From Bacilli bacterium (lineage in GTDB: Bacteria > Bacillota_I > Bacilli_A > RFN20 > CAG-826): DNA of 59,606 nucleotides. The stretch is from contig JAILBR010000063.1 in the NCBI GenBank assembly GCA_024680795.1, positions 1 to 59,606 of the forward strand, read 5' to 3'. This document shows, in pieces, positions 40,119 through 49,199 of this stretch. The position numbers and the translations under genes were made by a program. Each line of letters starts with the position of its first letter. Positions within the stretch are counted from its first letter, which is position 1. Under the pieces are notes generated by a model. That model saw nothing but the letters and a program-made list of their open reading frames with translations. It ran no database searches and had not been told where the DNA came from.

Positions 40119-41171
40119 CTAACCTCTGATTTTATCGATCGTTCCTGCGATGACATCGTAGAAATTTTCAATAAAGGCGTGACAATATTTTTGATTTTCT
40201 TCTGGATGAGTAACTGAGCTTTTATCATTAACACCAATCACATAATATCCAGCTTCATAAGCGGTCTTTTCGGCGGTTATCATATCTTCAAAAACCACTA
40301 CTTGGTTTCTACTTAGACCAAATCTTTGGGAGATTTTATCATAAATCTCTGGAGAGTCTTTGCCTTCTTTGCAGCTATTGACATCCATAACAAGAGAAAA
40401 ATATTTATGGATATCTAAGCGCATTAAGCATGGGAGATATAATTCCTCGCTATTCGCGGTTGCTAAAGCAATAATCACTCCATCATCGTGAAGTTTTTCT
40501 AATAGGCCTAATGCATTTTCCTTTAAAGAAATGTGTTTCTTATATGCTTCTAAGGCTGCATCATTCCATTCTTGGATGATATCTTCGATATTTTCGTTAG
40601 GTACATATTTCTCTTTTGTTAATTTGGCAGCGCCTAATAAACCAACATGAGCAATTTCTTTTCCATATGTCGGTGGCACTTCCATCCCTCTTTTTGTAAA
40701 AAACAAAGTATCAATATCTGCCCATAGGGATGTGGAATCAATCAAAGTCCCATCCAAATCAAAGATTGCGAGTTTGATATCATTCTCAAATATTTTAGCA
40801 ACTTGGTATCTCCTATAGAGATGGTCTTTTTGAGTAAGTAGCCTAATCTTAATGGCTATCACCATATGACCTTGTTGTCTTTCCTTGGGATAATAAAGTT
40901 CCATATCCTTTGGATCTGCTACTTCATCTTCCTTATAGCCTAAAGAAATCTTGTTGTAATGCTTATATAACTGTTCAAAACTATCGTAATAAACAACTGA
41001 ATCCACAAAACATAAAAGTTTTTCACCAGTCTCTTTATTAGTGAATTCGATTAATTCCCCCAGCGATATGTAGTTTTTTTCTTTGTCTAAAAGACGCATC
41101 TCAATTGTTTTACGTCCTTCTTTAATTGCTTGAAATGGTTCGTTATATAAATTCAAGTAATTAACAAACAT
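40119..41171 (-). CDS. ASCH domain fused to HAD-family phosphatase
   Basis: N-terminal PFQAIKEGRKTIEMRLLD (ASCH GxKxxExR); C-terminal FDLDGTLIDS, ATAN, GKDSPEIY, FEDM. Confidence 0.85.
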   Translation of the reverse strand: MFVNYLNLYNEPFQAIKEGRKTIEMRLLDKEKNYISLGELIEFTNKETGEKLLCFVDSVVYYDSFEQLYKHYNKISLGYKEDEVADPKDMELYYPKERQQGHMVIAIKIRLLTQKDHLYRRYQVAKIFENDIKLAIFDLDGTLIDSTSLWADIDTLFFTKRGMEVPPTYGKEIAHVGLLGAAKLTKEKYVPNENIEDIIQEWNDAALEAYKKHISLKENALGLLEKLHDDGVIIALATANSEELYLPCLMRLDIHKYFSLVMDVNSCKEGKDSPEIYDKISQRFGLSRNQVVVFEDMITAEKTAYEAGYYVIGVNDKSSVTHPEENQKYCHAFIENFYDVIAGTIDKIRG

Positions 41172-42343
41172 TAGATTTTTAAATCCCCTTCTTTAATGAG
41201 GTTAAATTTTCTAAATAAGAAATCGATACCAAACACTAATACGGCAGGGAAAACGATTTGCATACCAAATATCGAGAACCAGGTTAACCAGTTATCAACA
41301 CCCATCGAGGTAATTGTGCCAATCTGTCCCACTAATCCGGCAGTGCCCATACCCGCAGAACTACCCATACATACGGTTTTAACTAAGCAGGTAGAAATTG
41401 GACCTAAAATTGCACTAGCAATAATGGTTGGAAGCCAAATTATTGGCTTTTTCAATATATTCTTAAACTGTAACATCGACGTTCCGATGCCAACAGAAAT
41501 CATCATTCCGACGTTATTATCTTTTCTAGATTGAACAGCGAAACCAATCATTTGACATGAACAGCCGATAACCGCCGCTCCACTAGCGATAAATAGTCCT
41601 TGATATGCGCTTGGGTCCGCTCCAGCAGGTAATGTAAAGACCATGGCGGCAATCGCAGCACTGCTGATTGGGGCGGTTAAAGCCATACCCATCAAAACCG
41701 CGACAATGATACCCATCACAAATGGGACAGTTGTTGTTCCTGCATTGACAAGCCACTGTATAGCGTAGGTGACATATATAGCCGGATATCTAATCCCAAG
41801 GGATAGAAATAATCCTATAGTTAGTCCAAATAAAGGCACCAAAATGATATCGACCGGTGTCTTCTTTTTTAAGACAAATTTGATAGCAAGAGCGACCAAA
41901 ATACAGACGATATAGATGGTTAATGGATCACCAATTGTGAAGTTAGCACCTAGATGTTCCACTCCACCTGGATTAGTGACAAAAGTTGTGCTTAACGAAA
42001 AACAGGCTGCACATTCGCCAACTGCAGCAAGAACAATCGTTTTTAATGGATCAAATTTTAAGGCTAAAGCTATGCCCACGCCGATACCAGCGCCAGTGAT
42101 GTATTGAAGAATCTTCGCTAAACCAATCCAGCTTTTTCCATCTGCACTATGACCATTTAGGATATTGACAAAGAAATCGCAGAAAGGATTTCCACTTCCA
42201 TAACCAAATAAAGTGCCAATTGTGCCAAATATTGTACCGATGATCAAAGTGGCAAATAAGCCATAAGCCATCCCATTAAGTGTCTTGATAAAGAAATCAA
42301 GAATCACGTCTTTTTTACTTTGTTGTTCTACTACTTGTTCCAT
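41171..42343 (-). CDS. PTS EIIC-like (EIIC_2) membrane transporter
   Basis: LNGMAYGLFATLIIG, LTAPISSAA, GIGTSMLQ, AGMGTAGLVG. Confidence 0.85.
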   Translation of the reverse strand: MEQVVEQQSKKDVILDFFIKTLNGMAYGLFATLIIGTIFGTIGTLFGYGSGNPFCDFFVNILNGHSADGKSWIGLAKILQYITGAGIGVGIALALKFDPLKTIVLAAVGECAACFSLSTTFVTNPGGVEHLGANFTIGDPLTIYIVCILVALAIKFVLKKKTPVDIILVPLFGLTIGLFLSLGIRYPAIYVTYAIQWLVNAGTTTVPFVMGIIVAVLMGMALTAPISSAAIAAMVFTLPAGADPSAYQGLFIASGAAVIGCSCQMIGFAVQSRKDNNVGMMISVGIGTSMLQFKNILKKPIIWLPTIIASAILGPISTCLVKTVCMGSSAGMGTAGLVGQIGTITSMGVDNWLTWFSIFGMQIVFPAVLVFGIDFLFRKFNLIKEGDLKI

Positions 42344-42523
42344 TTTTCTCGATTAAACCTTTACGAAATATTATGGTAAATTGCACCCTCATTGTAAAGA
42401 TTTTTTGCACATATATTTCATATAGATATGGGGCAAAACATAATCTACATTTTCCTCTTGAAATGCTTTTTCAAACGAGTTATTAAATCAAGTTAAGTTT
42501 GCTTATTGCGACGCGTAATAAAA

Positions 42524-42551
42524 TTGACATCTTTGATGATTTTTGTATTAA
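42524..42551 (+). promoter_or_regulatory. Putative SigA promoter
   Basis: TTGACA-16 nt-TATTAA upstream of the ORF at 42717. Confidence 0.35.
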
Positions 42552-42716
42552 CTTTTTCAATAAATGCGTTTAAAAATTTTTAATCTTTTCGACATTGTTT
42601 AGACTACAATCAAAAAAAATCGCTTTTTTTCTTTCGATGTAATCAGCACTTTTTATATTTGTTGTTGTAATTAATTAGTAATTAAACTAGTATATATCTA
42701 GGATTTTTTGGAAATT

Positions 42717-43058
42717 ATGAAGAATAAAAAGATTTTATGGATCGCTCTTATCTCCCTTGATGTCGCTGTGACAGTATTCCTATTTGTCATTCACATCATC
42801 ATGTTAAGCAACATTATCGGTAAGACTCCAGAACAAGTTAATGAACTAACCGGCTTAGTTGGTACTCTTGCAAAGAACACCACTTTATACCTCTGTGCGT
42901 TTGTTATTCCTACATTCGTGATACTCGCTGCGAATATCGTTGGCTTAGTTATCTATGTCAGAAAACAAACCAAGAAAGAAGCTGTTAAAGTTGAGGACTT
43001 AACTGATGAACAAAAAGAAGCCCTCAAACAAGAACTTCTCAAAGATTTAAACAAGTAA
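42717..43058 (+). CDS. Hypothetical 2-TM membrane protein
   Basis: Two hydrophobic helices and a charged C-terminal helix; followed by a terminator. Confidence 0.7.
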   Translation: MKNKKILWIALISLDVAVTVFLFVIHIIMLSNIIGKTPEQVNELTGLVGTLAKNTTLYLCAFVIPTFVILAANIVGLVIYVRKQTKKEAVKVEDLTDEQKEALKQELLKDLNK

Positions 43059-43081
43059 CAAGATATATAAATTCTCCTTCT

Positions 43082-43111
43082 AAAAAGCATCGGTTGAACT
43101 CGATGCTTTTT
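43082..43111. terminator. Bidirectional terminator
   Basis: AAAAAGCATCG...CGATGCTTTTT between convergent genes. Confidence 0.8.
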
Positions 43112-43154
43112 CTTTTATATACGCACGCAAATGCGGGTACATACTATATGTATA

Positions 43155-43769
43155 TTATCTTTTATAAACTAATGTTTCCGGGTGCGAGAATTCTAGCTTT
43201 ATATCTTTATGGGGATTAAGCATTAAATTAAGTGATCCAGGGATAAGTTCATCATTAAGTTTGGAATTGAATTTAAGTCCAGTACGATAAGGGACAAAAC
43301 CACACTTTTCTTGCACTCTTTTACTTTGTAAATTGAAATCGTAATGACCGCATAATAGGAAATCATAATCTAAGACGTCAAATAGGTAATTTACGACACA
43401 TTTGACCGCTTCGGGCATAATTCCCTGCCCCCAATATGGTTTAGCTAATACGTAGCCGATTTCTCTCCCTCTTAAAGAGGCGAACTCTGTTAACTTACCT
43501 TCAGCGTCACATTCTTCTATTCCTAAAGAGCCAATCACCTTGTTATCGGCTTTATGAACGATAGCAAATGTATGTTTTTCTCTAATAAACTTATCCAATC
43601 TATATTTTGATTCGTTTTTATCCGGATGATGAGGCCAGCCCGCCATTTCACCAACGCCGGGAACAGAAGCATATTCAAAAAAATCATCAAGATCTTCTTG
43701 ACGGAATATTCTTAAGATCAACCTATCGGTTTCTAATACGATATTTGTGACATCAATTTCAGCATTCAT
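43155..43769 (-). CDS. RimJ/RimL-type GNAT N-acetyltransferase
   Basis: LETDRLILR, EIGYVL..YWGQGIMPEA, N.QSKRVQEKCGF. Confidence 0.9.
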   Translation of the reverse strand: MNAEIDVTNIVLETDRLILRIFRQEDLDDFFEYASVPGVGEMAGWPHHPDKNESKYRLDKFIREKHTFAIVHKADNKVIGSLGIEECDAEGKLTEFASLRGREIGYVLAKPYWGQGIMPEAVKCVVNYLFDVLDYDFLLCGHYDFNLQSKRVQEKCGFVPYRTGLKFNSKLNDELIPGSLNLMLNPHKDIKLEFSHPETLVYKR

Positions 43770-43818
43770 ACTATCTAGTTTACTAGCGATTAAAATAATG
43801 TCCACTATTTCAATAAAC

Positions 43819-43852
43819 AAAAAAAGACCAACGGAGCAATTTCCATTGGTCT
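43819..43852 (-). terminator. Terminator closing the large operon
   Basis: Minus strand AGACCAATGGA...TCCGTTGGTCT followed by a T run, 13 nt after the EAL gene stop. Confidence 0.8.
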
Positions 43853-43865
43853 AGATATTATATAT

Positions 43866-46800
43866 CTATCTATTGTGGCTGATTAATGCACTGATGAAGT
43901 CCGCACGGGATAGAGGCTTATAGAAGTGATAACCTTGCATCATCATATTCTCATCGAAGTCACGTAAAATCGTGAATTGAGCGCTGTTTTCAACACCAAC
44001 GACTGAAACACCGATGCCGACTTCTTTCGCGTTAAAGACGATATCTTTAACTGCGTTAAATCTCGTGCCATCTGTATCGACCTTATAAATGAGGTCTCTA
44101 GCGATCTTGACTTCCTTAAATCCGAGTTCTTTAAGTTTTTCAACACCGATATATCGGCCGGTATATCTATCGACCGAGAACATGATGTGTGCACTACTAA
44201 GTTGTTGTGACATCTTTTGAATCTCATCGATATGGCTTGGAATAATCTCTTCTGGAATTTCAAATGATAGGAAGTTATTCGGGAATTTATAAGTATCATT
44301 AAGTTTGACGACACCTTGTAATAAGTTCAGGTCTTTTAAGTAGGTACTATCGACGTTAATTGCGATACGTTCAAGATTATTAATTTTGAATACACTATTT
44401 CCATATTCTTTATACATGTTACCGATGAAGTTGATAATCGCTTCGGTAATGAGGTTAGTCTTGCCTTCTTGCTCAGCGATACGAGAGATTTCTTCTGCGT
44501 TAAACATCGCGTTAGAATAGACGTTATTGATACGTAACAAGATTTCAGCTCCAAAGATCTTCTTATCTTTAGCCTTAACGATAGGTTGAAGATTAACACT
44601 AGAGAAGCTACCGGAGAATTCTTGTTCGATAACAGAAATGATGAATTCACGCTTAGAAGCACTTCTAGAAATCTTATGGTCATAGAAGTAAATGAAGTCT
44701 TTACCTCTTTCATGCTCGCCATGATGATAGAAGTCATTAACGTGCTTCATAAAGTCTTCGGCGTTCGCATAACCACTTGGCCATCTAAGTGGCAAATAAG
44801 TGAGCTTTAAAATGTCCTCGTTAGTGCCATCATCTAATAACTGTTTCTTTGAAAGTTCATAAATCTTTTCGCAAGTATTGATAACGTCAACGTGACCAAC
44901 ATTATGTAATAATAAGGCGATGCATTCGTTGTTATATGCATATAATTCGTCTGTGCCTAATTCATCTTTTAAGTTTCTTAAGAAACTTCTAATCGCGAAT
45001 AATGTGCCTTCACTACCTTGTTTTTCTAATAATGTTTCAATATTATCAATCGCTAATAAGAGGACATAGCCACGACCATTAACGTAATAGGAGTTACGGA
45101 TATTTTGATATAAGGCAAGATAAGAATTGATTAATAAGTCTTTATCGAATAAGTCACCGTTTAAATCACCTTGAGTTAGTCTTTCCACTAAAACAGAACG
45201 GATGCGACTCTTATGCTCATTTAAGGTTAAAGAGGCTTCATAATTGGCTTTACGATGGGTGAATTCTTTCTTTTTAAAAGTATGCATTGGACAGTCGCTA
45301 CAAGGCTTTTCTAATCCAAATAAGGCTTTATAACATAATTCCCCTTCTTTTAAGGATGGGAAGACAGTTTTTAAGTCTTTAGAGAAATACTTAAGTTCAT
45401 AGCTCTTATCATCGACTTTATATAAAGAGTAATCGGTTAAAGACATTAAATATTCGTTTTCATTACGATATTCTTCAATCGATTTATTCTTCTTAGTTAA
45501 TTCGAAATAATGTTTAACTCTTAAACAGATGATAAATAGTGATTCTCTAATATATGAATCGAGAATCAAATCTTTGTTATTTCTATTAAAGAAATAAATG
45601 ACTGCATCAATGTTATTTTCAATGCCGCGATAGACATAATAGAAGCCACTGCTGATACCATATAAATCTAAATCACGTCCAATATAGATGGAAGCATGTA
45701 ATCTCTTAGAGAAGAAATAAGAAGAATCAAAATCGGTAGCCTGGGCTAAAGAGCGAACAAAGTTACCATCCACCGCTTTTCCCTTAAATAGTTTAGAACT
45801 TTGGTTAGATAATAATTGAGTGTAAATACCAAGTTCATCATTATGAAAAATGATGCCGATATCATCGATATCGAGATAGTTGCCAAGATCGGTAAATAAA
45901 TCAGCGATCATCTTTTGGTCTTTAGCTTTTTGACCATAATCGTAAGTCAATTCATCGAGTTGATCTAATAAAGAAGACATGTAGTTAACATTCATCGCAT
46001 CAGAAAGCATTAAGCTCTTACCAGCGTTCTTCTTGATACGTTTTGGCATATAGAAGTTAACAACTTTGCCTTGTCTTTTCGCATATCTTAAGTCACTTAA
46101 TAATTCATCAACATCACTATAAGGGTAAGCGACAATCGCATATTTAGCGGAGATATATCTTAATCCTTCAAAGTCACGGATTGTTAAGCTGGAGTCACGG
46201 ATAACAGATATAATCTGTTCTTCCACTCTTGATAGAGAATCAATGACTGGTAAATAAATGAGTAAGGAGTTAATTTTCTCACGGTAAGCGAATAGCACTC
46301 CAGTATAATCACCAAATAAATCAGTGAAAACTTTGACTAAATATTTCTTATCGTTTTCATTTAAGGTTAATAAATCGACCGAGAAACTAACATCCACCAA
46401 AACATTACGGTAGCTTTGTGAAAGCATGATGATGTTTGGAAGTTCTTTTTCAAAAGATTCAAAAGTGACGATATTTAAATCTCGATCGACATATTGAAGT
46501 TTTAAATTGGAATAATCTGGCTTAGTAGTGATGATATAAGCACAATCGAATTTAGACTGTAAAACATCGATCTTATCGTTTAAATCATCGATTTCGTTAA
46601 CACCAGTTTTTGGATATTTATAAAATTTATAACTACCACTTAAGAAGCTATCATAGTTCTTTCTAGTGATAGTAAATAAAGAGTTATATTGGCTAAAATA
46701 TAGTCTTCTATATAAGTAGATGGAAACGATTACATAGGCAATCGCTAAAACTCCAGTAAAGACAAAGTATAAGATATAGAATACGCTTAATCCAGTCGAA

Positions 46801-46916
46801 ACATAACAAATCGCCATGATGATAGAAAGGATTAAATCGAAAGATAAAATCGAGACAGGAATAATAACAGTTTGTAACAAACTTTGTCTAATCGATACTT
46901 CTTTTTTATTCATCAT
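43866..46916 (-). CDS. Membrane-bound multidomain sensor: 2 TM, degenerate GGDEF-like, GAF-like, Cys-rich PAS-like, degenerate GGDEF, degenerate EAL
   Basis: LQPIV...GAEILLR, INVDS, FEIPE, VDRYTG (in place of DDFGTG), VVGVEN (in place of EGVE), MQGYHFYKP; CYKALFGLEKPCSDCP; the SD GGAGG supports the start at 46916. Confidence 0.8.
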   Translation of the reverse strand: MMNKKEVSIRQSLLQTVIIPVSILSFDLILSIIMAICYVSTGLSVFYILYFVFTGVLAIAYVIVSIYLYRRLYFSQYNSLFTITRKNYDSFLSGSYKFYKYPKTGVNEIDDLNDKIDVLQSKFDCAYIITTKPDYSNLKLQYVDRDLNIVTFESFEKELPNIIMLSQSYRNVLVDVSFSVDLLTLNENDKKYLVKVFTDLFGDYTGVLFAYREKINSLLIYLPVIDSLSRVEEQIISVIRDSSLTIRDFEGLRYISAKYAIVAYPYSDVDELLSDLRYAKRQGKVVNFYMPKRIKKNAGKSLMLSDAMNVNYMSSLLDQLDELTYDYGQKAKDQKMIADLFTDLGNYLDIDDIGIIFHNDELGIYTQLLSNQSSKLFKGKAVDGNFVRSLAQATDFDSSYFFSKRLHASIYIGRDLDLYGISSGFYYVYRGIENNIDAVIYFFNRNNKDLILDSYIRESLFIICLRVKHYFELTKKNKSIEEYRNENEYLMSLTDYSLYKVDDKSYELKYFSKDLKTVFPSLKEGELCYKALFGLEKPCSDCPMHTFKKKEFTHRKANYEASLTLNEHKSRIRSVLVERLTQGDLNGDLFDKDLLINSYLALYQNIRNSYYVNGRGYVLLLAIDNIETLLEKQGSEGTLFAIRSFLRNLKDELGTDELYAYNNECIALLLHNVGHVDVINTCEKIYELSKKQLLDDGTNEDILKLTYLPLRWPSGYANAEDFMKHVNDFYHHGEHERGKDFIYFYDHKISRSASKREFIISVIEQEFSGSFSSVNLQPIVKAKDKKIFGAEILLRINNVYSNAMFNAEEISRIAEQEGKTNLITEAIINFIGNMYKEYGNSVFKINNLERIAINVDSTYLKDLNLLQGVVKLNDTYKFPNNFLSFEIPEEIIPSHIDEIQKMSQQLSSAHIMFSVDRYTGRYIGVEKLKELGFKEVKIARDLIYKVDTDGTRFNAVKDIVFNAKEVGIGVSVVGVENSAQFTILRDFDENMMMQGYHFYKPLSRADFISALISHNR

Positions 46917-47652
46917 CGCTTCTACCTCCAAATAAGACGTCATTACGTCCGATATCGCCGATAGAGGAGACAACTGCCTTACCTAAAGATACATATTTGT
47001 CTAAGACAAATAAATATTTTTCGACATCCCAGCCTTTGCCTAATTCTTTTTCTACCACACGGATGGAAACGATTGGTACATCGTATAATTGTCCACTGAT
47101 CACCACTCCTCCAGTCGCGTTATCGACAGTCGCGGCTTTATCTAAATTGAGGAGTTCAAAATTATCTTTTATCTTTTCTAAGTTCGCGTTACTAAAATCA
47201 TTGCATGATAAGAAAGTGACAACTTTTGGGTTGATATAAGCACGTTTATTAAGTGCGTCACTTAAATAACCAATTAAGTCGTTTTGCACTTTATATTCAG
47301 GTCCAAAACCAGGAACTTGGCCTAAGACGACATTGTTATCGTTAATTTGATCAACATCAATATTAATCACTCGATTAGCGATCACAATATCTCCACTTTT
47401 TAATCCCTTGGTTAAAGAGACGCATCTTCCTACGACATAGGCTAAATCAATATGATAATGGTTAAAGATATAACTCGAAAGAGCAGAAGAAAGAATAGTT
47501 GTATAACAGCTATCAACGACAACAACTTCTTGGTTAAAGATAGTGCCGACGGAGATGACGTATTTTCTTAGTACCGTACTATCTTGACGGTTAGACATGA
47601 TGCTTTGAAAATATAAAACATCATCATGATTCGTACCAAAAATCGCAATCAC
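46906..47652 (-). CDS. MTA/SAH nucleosidase (PNP_UDP_1)-fold protein, probably catalytically inactive
   Basis: MIAIFG, LKSGDIVIA...IDVD...LGQVPG, DVPIVSIRVV match the MtnN layout; EME is DNA and SD is EK; GTG start overlaps the upstream TAG. Confidence 0.75.
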   Translation of the reverse strand: MIAIFGTNHDDVLYFQSIMSNRQDSTVLRKYVISVGTIFNQEVVVVDSCYTTILSSALSSYIFNHYHIDLAYVVGRCVSLTKGLKSGDIVIANRVINIDVDQINDNNVVLGQVPGFGPEYKVQNDLIGYLSDALNKRAYINPKVVTFLSCNDFSNANLEKIKDNFELLNLDKAATVDNATGGVVISGQLYDVPIVSIRVVEKELGKGWDVEKYLFVLDKYVSLGKAVVSSIGDIGRNDVLFGGRSDDE

Positions 47653-49199
47653 TATTGTCCCCTCTCTTTCTTTTCAAATTTGTTATTCTTTAAGAGTTCT
47701 TCAAATTCATTAAGTGGTAAAGGTTTGGAATAATAGAATCCTTGAATCGTATCGATATGCATTTTCTTTAAGATATCGACTTGTTCTTGACTATCAACAC
47801 CTTCGATGATGACTTCGATTTCATTTGTGTGACCTAATTCAGTTAAAAGTTTAACGATTGAACGAGTCTTCTCGTCTTCGACGAGTAAGTCAGAGAATGA
47901 TTTATCGATTTTAATCGCATCGAAAGGAATTTTTCTTAAGTTATCAATACCAGAATAACCAACACCAAAGTCATCCATCAAAACTCTAATACCGATATCT
48001 TTAAGTTTTTTAATGATGGAAATAGAGATAAATTGGTTAGCCTGACTGGTTGTTTCAGTAATTTCCACTTCCACGAGATGAGGTGGAACTTTATATTTAT
48101 CTAATAATTCTAAGACGTGATCAATAAAGCCAGTCGCGTAGAATTCATAAATAGAGAAGTTAACAGATACTGGGATAACTCTTCTACCTCTTTTAATCTC
48201 TTCTGATAAGTTCTTTAAAGCGAGTTCAAAAATATAGTTATCGATTAAAGAGATAAGACCAGCGGACTCAGCTTTGCCGATAAACATACCAGGAGTTAAT
48301 AAGCCATGTTTAGGAGAGTTCCATCTCGCTAAAGCTTCACAAGAGATGAACTTTCTCTCTATGAGAGAATATTTAGGTTGATAGTAGATGATAAATTCGT
48401 TGTTACGAAGGGCTTCTTCGATTTCATAGATATCATCTCTATTCGTTTCTTTTCTAAATGATTTATTGAAATATGTATAAGTTTCAAAGTTACTTTCAGC
48501 GACATTTCTAGCTAAGAAAGAGTCTTCAACCGCTCCCGTGATATTTTCGCCTTCAATGATTTCTTTAATGCCATAGAAAGGTTGAACATAAACTTTAAAG
48601 CTCTTCTCTTTCACGATTCGATAAACGTTACTAGAAATAGAATTGACGATTTCTGGAATTTTCTTCTCGTCATCACTAAATAGACAGAGCAAGAAAACTC
48701 CACGGTTAAAGCCATAGGCGTTATCCCTAGAAGAATAGGTACCTTTTCTTACGAAAAAGTCTTCTAAGAATAATGAAACGTTATAGTTAAGATTCATCAT
48801 CATATCACTATTAAAGCTATTAGAAGCAACCTTTAAACTGGTGCAGCTAAAGGCAATGATAAATTGTCTTCTCTTTTTAAGTCTTCTTTTTTTAGATAAA
48901 AATGAGACTCTAGTTTTAAATGCTTCAAGATTATAGAAAGTAGTTTTATGACCTAAGGTATAGCTATTTTCCATCTCTAATGTTTTAAAGAAACGACCTT
49001 GAGTGAAGAACTGTTTAAGAGACTCAGTTAAACCAATCGAAGAAGCAATAGCGAATATAATAATTAAAACTTGCCATAATTCATGACGTTCCGCCTTATT
49101 GTTAACAGAGATTAAAATAGCCGCAGTAAAAGATAACACTAAAGCGATAAAACAAATGGAAGCAAGAATTAAGTAGCGATATAAGGCTCTATTTTTCAT
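47652..49199 (-). CDS. Membrane-bound c-di-GMP phosphodiesterase (2 TM, degenerate GGDEF, intact EAL)
   Basis: YYQPK, EALARW, VSVNFS, EVEITET, MDDFGVGYS, KIDKSF, IEGVD, IQGFYYSKP. Confidence 0.92.
   Translation of the reverse strand: MKNRALYRYLILASICFIALVLSFTAAILISVNNKAERHELWQVLIIIFAIASSIGLTESLKQFFTQGRFFKTLEMENSYTLGHKTTFYNLEAFKTRVSFLSKKRRLKKRRQFIIAFSCTSLKVASNSFNSDMMMNLNYNVSLFLEDFFVRKGTYSSRDNAYGFNRGVFLLCLFSDDEKKIPEIVNSISSNVYRIVKEKSFKVYVQPFYGIKEIIEGENITGAVEDSFLARNVAESNFETYTYFNKSFRKETNRDDIYEIEEALRNNEFIIYYQPKYSLIERKFISCEALARWNSPKHGLLTPGMFIGKAESAGLISLIDNYIFELALKNLSEEIKRGRRVIPVSVNFSIYEFYATGFIDHVLELLDKYKVPPHLVEVEITETTSQANQFISISIIKKLKDIGIRVLMDDFGVGYSGIDNLRKIPFDAIKIDKSFSDLLVEDEKTRSIVKLLTELGHTNEIEVIIEGVDSQEQVDILKKMHIDTIQGFYYSKPLPLNEFEELLKNNKFEKKERGQ

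Noticed and set aside
42344-42716. Possible ncRNA or riboswitch in the longest intergenic region
   Set aside because: It is an AT-rich divergent promoter region with no convincing stable structure or known motif that I could recognise.
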